Shown here in pieces: positions 18,224 through 28,967 of a DNA stretch of 64,000 nucleotides (position 1 is its first letter; each line of letters opens with the position of its first letter). Source of the stretch: an uncultured Chloroflexia bacterium. Lineage in GTDB: Bacteria; Chloroflexota; Limnocylindria; Limnocylindrales; CSP1-4. The notes beneath the pieces are model-generated. The model did not search any database. It was not told where the DNA came from and saw only the letters and a list, made by a program, of their open reading frames with translations. A program made the position numbers and the translations under genes. Location of the stretch: assembly GCA_963707215.1 (NCBI GenBank), contig CAVPPB010000003.1, forward strand, positions 1,376,001 to 1,440,000, given 5' to 3'.

Positions 18224-21200
18224 TCAGTTCGCGGACGGCGTCCCCGTGGCCGGCGTCCGGCGACCGCCCCTGGCGGCCCGAGGCCCCCGCGGCGCGACCT
18301 CACCCGACGCTGTCATCGCCGCGGCGCCGTCGCCGGCTTCCAGGTCGTCGAGCCGGGTGAGGAACGGAGTCGCCCCGAGCCGGTCGAGGATGGTCCGCGC
18401 CTCGTCGGCCGCGGCCCGACCATCGGTCGAGCCGAGGCCGAGCGCGAGTGCGGCGTCCAGCTGGCACATCGCCAGGTCGAAGTCGCTGCCGATCTCGCGC
18501 CACAGCCCGGCGGCGGCGCGGAACTCGGGGGCGGCCGCCTCGGGCCCCTGCTCGAGTCGGGTCAGGTTCGCGGCCAGCGTCGGCTGGAGCGCCTGGAACC
18601 AGCGGCCCTCCCGGGCGACCCGGGCGAGATCCTCGATGGCCTTGCGGAGGACGACGGCATCGCCGAGCCAGGCGGCGGCGCGACCGACGCGGTCCAGGGC
18701 GCTGGGGGCGTTGAGCGGATCGGTGCGGGCGAGCTCCAGGCCGATGTCGACGACGGTCCGAAGGTCGCCCTCGGCGAGCGCTCGCCAGATCAGCGGATCC
18801 ATCGTGAGGCTCGGTGCCTCCTCAGGCGGGAACAGGGCAGCGAGCTGGTCCAGATCGGCTGCCGGAGGCTCACCTCGGACCGCTCGGAGGTTCTCGCGGA
18901 CCGACTCCAGGCGGGCTCGATCGAGCGACGGATCGAGCTGCGCCACGAGGTCGTCGAGCTCGGTGACCGCCCACTCCCACTCCCCGCTCCGGATGGCAGC
19001 CTCGGCGCCGTTGCTGATGAAGAACGTGAGGTCCGTCAGGTAGCCGAGCCGCCTCGCTGAGGCGATGCCGGTCTTGGACTCGGCGACGCACCGGCGGGGA
19101 TCGTCGTCCATCCAGGTGATGGCCAGGTTGACCTGGGCGCGGAGGGCCTGGTCCGTCATCCCGCGGGCCTCGGCGAGGCGGGCGCAGCCCTCGAGGACGA
19201 CGATCGCCTCGACCGGACGAGCGGCCGTCGCGTACGCGGCGCCCTTCGTGATCAGGCTGTCGATGATGGTCTCGGGCAGGCGCAGCCGCTCGGCGACGAC
19301 GAGGGCCCGGTTCGCCCAGTCGATGGCCTTGGCATCGTCCTGTCGACGCATGTAGGCCCAGGCGAGCGCCGAGGCGAGGGCGGCGCCGGGCGCCTCGTCG
19401 AGCAGCTCCTCGTACTCGGCGACCGCCTCCTCGAGGAGCGAGATGCCGGCGTCCGCGCGCCCCCCGGCGATCAGGGCGCGGGCCAGGGCGGCGACCGCGA
19501 TGGCCGTCCGCGTCCGATCGCCACGCGCCCGGTGACCCTCGACGGCCCGGCGCAGGTACTGCTCGGCGTCACCGTGGCGGCCGGTCGTCTGGGCGATCGA
19601 CCCGGCCCGCTGGAGGAGCTCGTCGGCCTCGGGGCCATCGGCGAGCGCGATCGCCCGCTCCAGGTATCCCAGGGCCTGCGCGGGCGCGCCCAGGGCGGCA
19701 GCGCGTTCGGCGGCCGCCTTCAGGGCGATCCGGGCCTGGACCGCCAGGGCCGCCGCCTCCGGCCCCTGGGGCGATGCCTCGTACGCTGCGGCGTAGTGGG
19801 TCGCCAGGGCCCCGGCCAGCTCCTCGTCGCCCATCGACTCGAAGAACCGGGCGGCCGCGAGGTGGCGGGCCCGCCGGTCCTTCTTCGACAGCGTCCCGTA
19901 GGCGACCTCGCGGATGAGCGCCTGGACGAAGCCGTACTGGCCGCGCTCGGGAGAGCGCGGGTCGGTGTCGAGCGCCAGGAGCTCCCGCCGCACGAGCCCC
20001 CGGAGTCGCGGCTCCAGGGCCTCGTCGGCACCGTCGCTGATCGCGGCCAGCGACGCCATCGAGAACGTCTGACCCAGGATGGACGCGTCCTGGAGCAGCG
20101 ACCGATCCGCCGGCTCCAGGCCGTCGAGCCGCGCGGCGATGAGCGACTGGAGGGTGTCGGGCACCTCGAGCGAGCCGAGGTCACCGACCGGGCGGTAGGT
20201 CCCGCCGGCGTCGGGCTCGAGACGCCCGTCGGCCAGGAGCATCCGGATGGTCTCGACGGCGTAGAGCGGGACGCCGCTGGCCCGCTCGAGGATCGTCGCC
20301 ACGGCCCCCGCCGGGAGTCCAGGGGCCATCCCGGCGAGCAGCTCGCGCATCTCGTCGTCGGACAGGGGGTCGAGCGCCAGGGAGCTGGAGGCGCGGCCGC
20401 CGCCCCAGGTCGGCCGGCGCTCGAGCAGCTCGGGTCGGGCGAGGGTCAGCACGAAGATCGGGTACGAGCGGCTCCACTCGAGGAGGTGCTCGATGAAGTC
20501 GAGCAGGCCGTCGTCGGCCCACTGGAGGTCCTCGAAGACGAGGGCGACGGTGGCCTCGTCGCTCATCCGCTCGAGGAACAGCCGCCAGCCGGCGAAGAGA
20601 CGCTCGCGTCCGCCCGGCGGAGCTTCCTCGACCCCGAGGAGGGCCAGCAGGGCCGGCTCGATGAAGGCGCACTCCTCCGGGTCGGCGACGTGCTTCTCGA
20701 TGGCCTCCGCGAGGCCCGTCCGGGTCGCGGCAGCGTCGTCGCTCTCGACCAGGCCGGCCCGGCTGCGGATCATCTCGCCGAGGGCCCAGAAGGAGACGCC
20801 CTCACCGTACGACGGGCAGCGGCCCTCGTGCCAGTAGACCGTCTCGACGACGCCGTCGGTGTACTTGCTGAACTCCCAGGCCAGCCGGCTCTTGCCGATG
20901 CCGCCCTGGCCGGTGATCGAGACGAGGCGGGCCCGACGCTCCCGGCCGGACGCGTGGAAGAGCTCGCGCAGCAGCCGGAACTCGGTCTCCCGCCCGACGA
21001 ACGGCGGCTCGATGCCCTCGCTGCGCCCGGTCCCACCGCGCTCGGCGACGACCCGCATCGCCCGCCAGGCCTCGACCGGGACGTCCTTACCCTTGAGCAG
21101 CTGCTCGCCGGCCTCCTCGAACAGGATCGCCGCCGACGCCGCTCGCTTGGTGGAGTCGCCGACGAGGACGGTGCCCGGCGGCGCGACCGACTGGAGCCGG

Positions 21201-21802
21201 CTGGCGGTGTTGACGAGGTCGCCGGCGACCATGCCCTGGTTCGTGGCCCCGATCGTCACCGCCGCCTCGCCGGTCAGGACCCCGGCCCGGGCCTGTAGCT
21301 CGGCTCCCAGCTCGCTCCCCAGGACCCGGACGCCGCCGACCAGGTCGAGGGCTGCCCGGACGGCCCGCTCCGCGTCGTCCTCGTGGGCGATCGGGGTGCC
21401 CCAGACCGCCATGACCGCGTCCCCGATGAACTTCTCGATCGTGCCCCCGTAGCGCCCGACGATCTCGCTGGCGAGGTCGAAGTAGCGGCCCAGGAGCTCG
21501 CGGACCTGCTCGGCGTCGCGGCCCTCGGCGAGCGTCGTGAAGCCGACGAGATCGGCGAACAGGACGCTGACCAGGCGTCGCTGGGTCTCGGGCTGGACCG
21601 GCAGGAAGGGTCCCGGCTCCCCCATCGCCGCCGGGACGGGTCGAGGCGCCTCACCGAGGCGGGTGCCGCACTCCGGGCAGAACTTGGCCCCCACATCGAC
21701 CGGGGAGCCGCAGCCCGGACAGGCCGCCGCCATGGCCGTTCCGCACTCGCTGCAGAACTTGGCGCCGTCGCGGTTCTGGGAGCCGCAGGTCGGACAGGTC
21801 AC
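18224..21802 (-). CDS. double zinc ribbon / class III adenylate-guanylate cyclase / AAA ATPase / TPR protein
   Basis: CPTCG...FCSECG x2; VSVLFADLVGFT, KFIGDAVMAVWG, GDLVNTASRLQ; GQGGIGKS; EDLQWAD; GTG start after GAGGA. Confidence 0.9.
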   Translation of the reverse strand: MTCPTCGSQNRDGAKFCSECGTAMAAACPGCGSPVDVGAKFCPECGTRLGEAPRPVPAAMGEPGPFLPVQPETQRRLVSVLFADLVGFTTLAEGRDAEQVRELLGRYFDLASEIVGRYGGTIEKFIGDAVMAVWGTPIAHEDDAERAVRAALDLVGGVRVLGSELGAELQARAGVLTGEAAVTIGATNQGMVAGDLVNTASRLQSVAPPGTVLVGDSTKRAASAAILFEEAGEQLLKGKDVPVEAWRAMRVVAERGGTGRSEGIEPPFVGRETEFRLLRELFHASGRERRARLVSITGQGGIGKSRLAWEFSKYTDGVVETVYWHEGRCPSYGEGVSFWALGEMIRSRAGLVESDDAAATRTGLAEAIEKHVADPEECAFIEPALLALLGVEEAPPGGRERLFAGWRLFLERMSDEATVALVFEDLQWADDGLLDFIEHLLEWSRSYPIFVLTLARPELLERRPTWGGGRASSSLALDPLSDDEMRELLAGMAPGLPAGAVATILERASGVPLYAVETIRMLLADGRLEPDAGGTYRPVGDLGSLEVPDTLQSLIAARLDGLEPADRSLLQDASILGQTFSMASLAAISDGADEALEPRLRGLVRRELLALDTDPRSPERGQYGFVQALIREVAYGTLSKKDRRARHLAAARFFESMGDEELAGALATHYAAAYEASPQGPEAAALAVQARIALKAAAERAAALGAPAQALGYLERAIALADGPEADELLQRAGSIAQTTGRHGDAEQYLRRAVEGHRARGDRTRTAIAVAALARALIAGGRADAGISLLEEAVAEYEELLDEAPGAALASALAWAYMRRQDDAKAIDWANRALVVAERLRLPETIIDSLITKGAAYATAARPVEAIVVLEGCARLAEARGMTDQALRAQVNLAITWMDDDPRRCVAESKTGIASARRLGYLTDLTFFISNGAEAAIRSGEWEWAVTELDDLVAQLDPSLDRARLESVRENLRAVRGEPPAADLDQLAALFPPEEAPSLTMDPLIWRALAEGDLRTVVDIGLELARTDPLNAPSALDRVGRAAAWLGDAVVLRKAIEDLARVAREGRWFQALQPTLAANLTRLEQGPEAAAPEFRAAAGLWREIGSDFDLAMCQLDAALALGLGSTDGRAAADEARTILDRLGATPFLTRLDDLEAGDGAAAMTASGEVAPRGPRAARGGRRTPATGTPSAN

Positions 21803-21889
21803 GCGTGGTCCTCGTGGAGCGGATCGGTGGCGATCATCGGACGCTGGGCCCGACAAGCGTAGCGGACGGGTGCCGGGCCGGGACGGCGT

Positions 21890-23910
21890 CTAGCGCCAGG
21901 TCGTCCGGGCCGGGTCCGGGTAGAGGCGGACCCGGCGGTAGGGCTCCCGGCCGCGCGAGCGCGACACAAGGTTGGCCCGCTCGGCCATCTGGTGCTGGAG
22001 TCGCCGGATGTAGGCGTTCTGGGGTGACAGCTCGACCGGTTCGTCGCGCGACGAGACGATGCCGATGGCCTCCTCGGTCTCGCGCAGCGCGGCGTCTCGC
22101 GGATCGACCTCCAGGGCGAAGATCGAGGTCAGCGACGCCTGCATCTGGATGATGGTGTTGTTCTTGAGGACGTAGACCGGCATCGCCCGCTCCTCCGCCT
22201 CCCGGATCGTCGTCGCCTTCTGGCGGTACTCGGAGCGGAGGGTCATGACGATCTCGGCGTCGTCGATGTCCCGGGCCACGACGACCGGCAGCTGGAGCTC
22301 GCGGATCGCCTGCTCCAGGCGCTTGCGGCTGATGCCGTACGGGAGGACGCGAAGGGTCGGCAGCGAGCCCGCCCCCTCGACCCGCAGGGCCGGGCCTTCC
22401 TCGGCCTCGGCCTCCGCCCGGGCCCGATCGGCGAGAGCCTCGTCGTCGGCCACGAGGTCGGCGGCGTTGACCGGACCGGTCCCTTCGTCAGCCTTGAGCT
22501 CGGTCAGCGCCCGGGTCGCCTCCTCGCGCCAGGCCTGCTGGCGCTGGAGCTCGCGGGCGTCGCGGGCCCGGACGTCGGCGGCCGTCGAGCCGTCGGCCCG
22601 CTCCAGGGGTCCACGGTCCGCGAGCCCCCCGGCGACGAAGGGAGCGTCGGCCGTGGGGCCGGTCGACGCCGGGCTGCCGCTGCGGGTCGCCCCGTCACCG
22701 TTGCCCCGGGTCGGTCGCCAGCCGCCGGACGCCGCCCGGTCGGTAGCCGGGTCGGTTGCCACGCTCGTCGCCGAAGACCGACCCGCCCCGGTAGGGGGTG
22801 GTGCCCCGCCAGCCGGGTTCGGTCCGCCAGCCGGGCCCGCCGACCAGGCCGCCGAATCGTTCGGCCGCCGAGCTGCTCGCGGGGTGAGGGCCGCGGTCGG
22901 GCCTGGGAGCGGTGGACGCCCTCCTCGTCCCGCCAGCGCTGCTCGGGTGACAGCGGCTCGCCGCGGAGGAGCCCGTCGACGGTGTCGGCGACGTCGGCGT
23001 GGACGATGACCCGGTCGCGGTCCTGGATCTCGACGACGACGTCGAACGTCGGCGGCGCCTTGCGTTCCAGCACGCTCTTCTGGGTCCGCCGGCGGCGGGC
23101 CTCCTCGTCGCCCAGGGTCACGCTCTGGATCCCCCCGATGAGGTCGGAGAGGGTCGGGTTGAGCATCAGGTTGTCGAGGTTGTTGCCGTGGGCGGTGCCG
23201 ATGAGCTGGACGCCGCGCTCGGCGATCGTCCGGGCGGCCTGGGCCTCCAGCTCGGTCCCGATCTCGTCGATGACGATGACCTGGGGCATGTGGTTCTCGA
23301 CCGCCTCGATCATCACCTCGTGCTGGAGGGCCGGTGTCCGGACCTGCATCCGGCGGGCCTTGCCGATGGCCGGATGGGGGATGTCGCCGTCGCCGGCGAT
23401 CTCGTTGCTGGTGTCGACGACGACGACCCGCTTCCGGAAGTCGTCGGCCAGGACGCGGGCGGCCTCGCGGAGCATCGTCGTCTTGCCGATGCCCGGCCGG
23501 CCCATGATGAGGATCGACTTGCCCGACTCGACGAGGTCCTCGACGATCTCGATCGTGCCGAAGACGGCTCGGCCGATGCGGCAGGTCAGGCCGACGATCT
23601 TGCCGTTGCGGTTGCGGATGGCCGAGATCCGGTGGAGGGTCCGCTCGATGCCCGCCCGGTTGTCCTCGCCGAACGTCCCGATGTGGTCGACGACGTGGGC
23701 GATGTCCGACTCCTGGACCTCCCGCTCGAGGAGCATCACCTCGCGGTCGGGGAAGCGAGCCTCCGGCGGGCGACCGAGGTCGAGGACGACCTCGATGAGC
23801 GCCTCGCGATCCGGCAGGGCATGGACCGCGTCCACGATCTCCGGCGGGAGGGTCCCGAGCAGGGCGTCGAGGTCGTCGATCGATTCGCGATGGCGAGCGT
23901 CGGGTCCCAC
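21890..23910 (-). CDS. Ycf45/SpoIIIAA-like AAA ATPase with C-terminal R3H domain (frameshifted near 22760-22870)
   Basis: [41 protein letters not shown]; R3H motif [18 protein letters not shown] in the 21890-22762 frame. Confidence 0.85.
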
Positions 23911-23921
23911 GAGGTCCTCCA

Positions 23922-24956
23922 CTAGCGGCCGACGGCCGGCACCAGGGCCGGCTCGGCGACGCGGACGAGGGTCTCCTTGAGCATCAGCGTGACGGTGGCG
24001 ATCGCCTCGAACCCCGCCTCCTCGAAGCGCCGATCGACCGGCGAATCGTAGGTCCGGACGGGCGCGATGACGCCGTGGATCGGTGCGGGCCGGGGTGCCG
24101 GTCCGTTCGGCGATCACTCCGAGACCGAAGTCGATGAGGTCGCTCGCGTCGCCGGCCGGATCGGCGACGACCTTGAGGTAGTGGGGCTGTTCCTCCTTCG
24201 CGACCCCGACCTGGAGGAAGGCGTCGACCCGGCCGCCGTCGCCGTCCTCGGTCGCCCGGACGAACGCCTCGACGTCGGCGAACCGGAGGATCGGGGCGAG
24301 GGAGCTACGGGGCACCCGCCATTGATGCCCCTGGCGCTCCCAGTCGATGGGCCGGACCAGCTCCAGTCGCTGGACGGGCGCGGGGTCACCGCGGTGTAGA
24401 GCCGATGCATCGCCAGCGCGTCGACCTGCATGGCCTCGCGGATGCCGGCGTCGCGGCACGGCGCGTCGCTCCCACGGCGTCGGGCAGCTCGACGCCGGGC
24501 GGGCGGAACATGACCCGCTCCTCGCCGTAGCGGGCGAATCCGGCCTGCATGAAGAGCTCGATGTTGCCGTCCTGGTCGGCGCAGAGACGTGGAACCGACC
24601 GACGCCACCCCGCGCCCCGTCGCGCAGGAGCTGCTGGATCGAGCCGGAACCGGATGTCGCCGGCCTCCGCAGGCCGACGCCATCGAGCTCCACGACGGTC
24701 CACTCGTCGCGGTGGCCCTCGCGCTCGGCCCGCAGGAGCCCGGCGATCCGGCCGTCCTCCTCGTAGACGTAGAGCAGGTCGTGGGGCCGGAACGCGCCGA
24801 GCGGCATCCGGAACAGGCTGAACAGGCCGATGCGGGCCGCGTTCACCGGCAGGCCCAGCGAGCGGGTCTCGGCGGACTTCTCCTGGCAGAGCCTCGACAG
24901 CTCGCCCATGGCCGCCAGGTCGGTCAGGCGGGCGACCCGGACCTTGCCCTGCTCAT
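23922..24956 (-). CDS. hypothetical GNAT-like protein (several frameshifts)
   Basis: Coherent segments spread over different frames ([18 protein letters not shown]..., [43 protein letters not shown]). Confidence 0.5.
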
Positions 24957-25608
24957 TCGCGGACTTCCACCGCGACCGCGCGGCCGCGCGGCGGGTCGGG
25001 TGACGGCGTCGACCGGCTCCCTCGCCGGGGTCGGCGTGCTCGGACGCCATCGTGGCGACGAGCCGGTGGAAGCGGGTCTCGCCGGCCAGCTCGGGATGGA
25101 ACGCCGTGGCCAGGATGTTCCGCTCGCGGACGGCGACGACGCGGCCGTCGTCGAGCCGGGCCAGGACGTCGACGTCGGGACCGACCGCCTCCACGATCGG
25201 GGCGCGGATGAACACTGCGTGGACCGGGCGGTCGCCGAGGACGGGAACGACCAGGTCGGTCTCGAACGAGTCGAGCTGGCGGCCGAACGCGTTCCTCCGG
25301 ACGGCGACGTCGAGCAGCGGCAGGATCGGCGTCTCGTCGTCGACCAGCTCGCGGGCCAGGACGATCATCCCGGCACAGGTCCCCAGGATGGGCGCCCCCG
25401 AGGCCGCCAGGTCGAGGATGGGCTCGCGGAGGCCCCAGCGGTCGATGAGCCGCCGCATCGTCGTGCTCTCGCCGCCGGGCAGGATCAGGCCGACGACGCC
25501 GTCGAGATCGGACGGCAGGCGGACGCCGACGCCCTCGACGCCGATGGCCTCGAGGATGTCGAGATGCTCCCGGAAGGCCCCCTGCAGGGCCAGCACGCCG
25601 ATCCGCAT
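24953..25608 (-). CDS. pdxT: pyridoxal 5'-phosphate synthase glutaminase subunit
   Basis: [48 protein letters not shown]; 3' end uncertain because of an apparent indel. Confidence 0.92.
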
Positions 25609-26507
25609 AGCCGGGCCGGCGACCAGCCCCGAACGGCCAGTCGCTCCGCCTCGGGGATGGCCTCGAGCGCGATGCCGCGCATCGGGGCGCCCAGGCCCCT
25701 GCTCACCTCGGCCAGGATCTTGGGGTCGTCGAAGTGGGTCGTCGCCTGGACGATGGCGTTGGCCATCCGGGCCGGGTCCTCGCTCTTGAAGATGCCCGAG
25801 CCGACGAAGACGCCCTCGGCGCCGAGCTGCATGACGAGCGCCGCGTCGGCCGGCGTCGTGATGCCGCCGGCCACGAAGTTGACGACCGGCAGGCGACCGG
25901 CCCCGGCGACCTCCCTGACGAGGTCGTAGGGGGCGTCGAGCTCTTTGGCGGCGACGAACAGCTCGTCCTCGCGCATCGACGACAGCCGCCGGATCTCCGC
26001 CAGCACGTCGCGCAGCTGGCGGACCGCCTCGACGATGTTGCCGGTCCCGGCCTCGCCCTTCGTCCTGATCATCGCGGCGCCCTCGTTGATGCGCCGGAGC
26101 GCCTCGCCGAGGTTTCGGCAGCCGCAGACGAAGGGGACCTTGAACACGTGCTTGTCGATGTGGTTCGTCTCGTCGGCGGGGGTCAGGACCTCCGACTCGT
26201 CGACGTAGTCGACGCCGAGCGCCTCGAGGATCTGGGCCTCGACGAAGTGGCCGATGCGGGCCTTGGCCATCACCGGGATGGTCACCGCATCCAGGATCCC
26301 CAGGATCATCTCCGGATCGCTCATCCGGGCCACGCCGCCGGAGGCGCGGATGTCGGCCGGGACCCGCTCGAGGGCCATGACGGCCACCGCGCCGGCGTCC
26401 TCGGCGATCTTCGCCTGCTCGGGCGTGACGACGTCCATGATGACGCCGCCCTTGAGCATCTGGGCCAGGCCCTTCTTGGTCGCCCAGGTAGAGGTTTCGA
26501 CGGACAT
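25485..26507 (-). CDS. pdxS: pyridoxal 5'-phosphate synthase lyase subunit (natural end probably near 25620, after ...AVRGW)
   Basis: [41 protein letters not shown], ...LAVRGW. Confidence 0.95.
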   Translation of the reverse strand: MSVETSTWATKKGLAQMLKGGVIMDVVTPEQAKIAEDAGAVAVMALERVPADIRASGGVARMSDPEMILGILDAVTIPVMAKARIGHFVEAQILEALGVDYVDESEVLTPADETNHIDKHVFKVPFVCGCRNLGEALRRINEGAAMIRTKGEAGTGNIVEAVRQLRDVLAEIRRLSSMREDELFVAAKELDAPYDLVREVAGAGRLPVVNFVAGGITTPADAALVMQLGAEGVFVGSGIFKSEDPARMANAIVQATTHFDDPKILAEVSRGLGAPMRGIALEAIPEAERLAVRGWSPARLCGSACWPCRGPSGSISTSSRPSASRASASACRPISTASSA

Positions 26508-26670
26508 ACGGGACGGTGTTCCTCAGGTGTTCGTGCGGGGTCGCCGGTCGGGCCTGCCCCGGGGTCCTCGCCCGTTCGGGTCGGCCGGTTCCCGTCCTGC
26601 TCCGATTATCGCACGGCGGGTCGCATCTCCCGCTCCGGAGATGGTCGTGGGCTCGGCCGGTGCGAGCGCG

Positions 26671-27225
26671 TCAGGCGCCATCGAAGACGAAGCGGGTCGC
26701 GTCGTCCGGGAATCGGCTCCAGGCGAGCACGACCGATGGGCGCAGGCACCACAGTCCGCCGCCGCGCTCGGAGCGCCAGTTCGCCGGGTCGGCCTCGTAG
26801 GCCCAGCGCGTCGTCCGGTACTTGGCGAAGCCCTCGAGGACCCGTCCGGCCAGCGCCGCGTCCGGGTCGGTCCGGTCCTCCACCGCGCCCTCGACGATGA
26901 GCGCCGTGCCGTCATCGACGTGGACCGACGCCACGGCCCGCGGGTCGGCCGCCAGGTTGCGGGCCCGGCGGGTCCCCCGGCCACCTTCGAACCAGAGCCC
27001 GTCGTCCAGCCACACGCCCCAGATCGGGGCGGCGTGGGGTGCGCCGTCGGGACGGGTCGTCGAGACCCAGTACACGATCGCCTCCCGAAGCTGCTCGCGG
27101 ACCCAGGGCCACGGCAGCAGCCCGGCTGGGTCATCCGGCACCCTGTAGTCGCGCAGCAGCGGGCGCGATGCCCGGGGCCCGGGTGATGGGGCCGCGGCGC
27201 GCGCCGGAGTCGGGTCTTGTCTCAC
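26671..27225 (-). CDS. pyridoxamine 5'-phosphate oxidase-like (split-barrel flavin/F420) protein
   Basis: YWVSTTRPDGAPHAAPIWGVW...RNLAADPR...IVEG. Confidence 0.85.
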   Translation of the reverse strand: MRQDPTPARAAAPSPGPRASRPLLRDYRVPDDPAGLLPWPWVREQLREAIVYWVSTTRPDGAPHAAPIWGVWLDDGLWFEGGRGTRRARNLAADPRAVASVHVDDGTALIVEGAVEDRTDPDAALAGRVLEGFAKYRTTRWAYEADPANWRSERGGGLWCLRPSVVLAWSRFPDDATRFVFDGA

Positions 27226-28010
27226 CGGACGCCCGTCGCCCGGCCGGTCGCGCGGATGACCCCGGCGACCATGCCGGCGGTCCGGCGGGCACTGCTCGGG
27301 GGGAGTCTCGAGACGGCGTCGACCAGGCCCAGGACCTCGTCGTCCTCGAGAGCGTCGAGGATCCGGATGAGCCGCAGGATCGCCTCATCGTCGACCCGGT
27401 CGAGCAGGACGAGCGCGCGCTCCAGCTGCCGCGGCTCCAGGCTCGGCACGAGCCCGACGGTCCGGTCGAACAGGCGAACGAAGGCCAGGAAGGCGGCCAG
27501 CCAGTCGGCCAGCTCTGCCAGCTCGGGGTCGTCGGGCGCTTCGGCGGCAGCCCGGGCGGCCTCCACCGAGGTCCGCTCGAGGACCGCCACGATCGGGTCG
27601 CCCTCGCGCGACTTGCGCTGGGCGACGACCCGCCCGAACCAGCGCCACGGATCGTTGACGGCCAGGTAGGCCACGCTGGCGGGGCCGCGCCGGCCGACGC
27701 GACGGGGCTCGGCCACCCGCTCGACCAGGCCCCAGGTCTCGGCCTCGACGAGGGCCTGGCTGGCCGCTCGATGGGACAGCCCCAGGGCCTCGCGGACCTC
27801 GCGCTCGGTGAGCGGGGCACGCCTGCTCATCAGGTAGGCATGGACGCGGGTCACCGCCGGCGGCACCCCCCAGGCGGCCCCCATCCGACCCCAGGCATCG
27901 GCGAGTTCCAGGCGGATCGCCTCGGCGCGCGGCGACGTCTCCGCGGCCTCCCGGACGGAGAGCGGCACCGGGGCGGGATCGGGAGCGGGAGGGCGGGTCT
28001 CGGTGGTCAT
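27222..28010 (-). CDS. GbsR/MarR-family transcriptional regulator
   Basis: WGRMGAAWGVPPAVTRVHAYL...LTEREVREALGLSHRAASQALVE..WGLV. Confidence 0.75.
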   Translation of the reverse strand: MTTETRPPAPDPAPVPLSVREAAETSPRAEAIRLELADAWGRMGAAWGVPPAVTRVHAYLMSRRAPLTEREVREALGLSHRAASQALVEAETWGLVERVAEPRRVGRRGPASVAYLAVNDPWRWFGRVVAQRKSREGDPIVAVLERTSVEAARAAAEAPDDPELAELADWLAAFLAFVRLFDRTVGLVPSLEPRQLERALVLLDRVDDEAILRLIRILDALEDDEVLGLVDAVSRLPPSSARRTAGMVAGVIRATGRATGVR

Positions 28011-28134
28011 GGCGGCGTCGGCCTGGAACGGTACGTGGCGATCTCGGCAGCGCGACCGCGAGTCCGCGCGACCGTGCCGGCCACCATAGCACTGCCCCAG
28101 GGGCCTTCCGGCCGAGACCCGGTAGCATCGGGGC

Positions 28135-28917
28135 ATGACCACCCGAACCACGGGCCGGGAGGCCCGCGACGGCTTCGCCCGGGCTGCCGACGCCTACGAG
28201 CGCGGTCGTCCCGGCTACCCATCGGCCCTGGTGCGTCGGCTCGTCGACCTGGTCGGGCCCCAGCCCCGGGCCCGGGTCCTCGAGCTCGGCGCCGGCACCG
28301 GCAAGCTCACCCGGCCCCTTTCCGACCACGGCCTCGAGATCGTGGCCGTCGAACCGGAGCCGGCGATGCGGGACCGCCTGGCCGACACGACCCCGGACGC
28401 CCGGATCCTCGGTGGCGTGGCGGAGGCGATCCCGCTGCCCGATGGCTCCGTGGATGGCGCGATCGCCGCCCAGGCCTTCCATTGGTTCCGCGCGGACGAA
28501 GCCCTGGTCGAGCTGCACCGCGTCATCCGTCCGGGCGGGCGACTGGCCCTCGTCTGGAACGTGCGTGACGTCGAGGTCCGCTGGATCCGGCGTCTCGGGC
28601 ACCTCGTCGAAGCCCTGGCGGGCGACGCACCGCGCTACCGTGCCGGCACCCGTCCGGCGGCCTTCCGGCGGACGCGCCTGTTCGGACCGGTCCGCCACGA
28701 GGTCTTCCGGCACGTCCAGGTCGTCGATCGGGACGGCATCCGGGACCGGGTCGCGTCGGTGTCCTACGTCGCGGCCGCTCCGGCCGCCGAGCGCGATGCC
28801 CTGCTCGCCGACGTGGACGCCCTGCTGGCCGGCGACCCGGCCACCCGGGGGCGGGACCGCTTCGAGCTGCCGTACGTCACCGACCTGTGGTGGGCGGACC
28901 GGATCGGGGCGACCTGA
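28135..28917 (+). CDS. class I SAM-dependent methyltransferase
   Basis: YERGRPGYP, VLELGAGTGK, AQAFHWF. Confidence 0.9.
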   Translation: MTTRTTGREARDGFARAADAYERGRPGYPSALVRRLVDLVGPQPRARVLELGAGTGKLTRPLSDHGLEIVAVEPEPAMRDRLADTTPDARILGGVAEAIPLPDGSVDGAIAAQAFHWFRADEALVELHRVIRPGGRLALVWNVRDVEVRWIRRLGHLVEALAGDAPRYRAGTRPAAFRRTRLFGPVRHEVFRHVQVVDRDGIRDRVASVSYVAAAPAAERDALLADVDALLAGDPATRGRDRFELPYVTDLWWADRIGAT

Positions 28918-28967
28918 GCGGTCGGATGGCGATCGGTCGCGGCCCGGTCCGGTAGCATCCCGTCGCG

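Noticed and set aside
22504-25608. 1034-aa ORF as a PdxT-ATPase fusion
   Set aside because: It strings together pdxT, part of a separate gene and Ycf45 through indels. An internal RBS/GTG (23910) and an out-of-frame stop (23922) mark separate genes.
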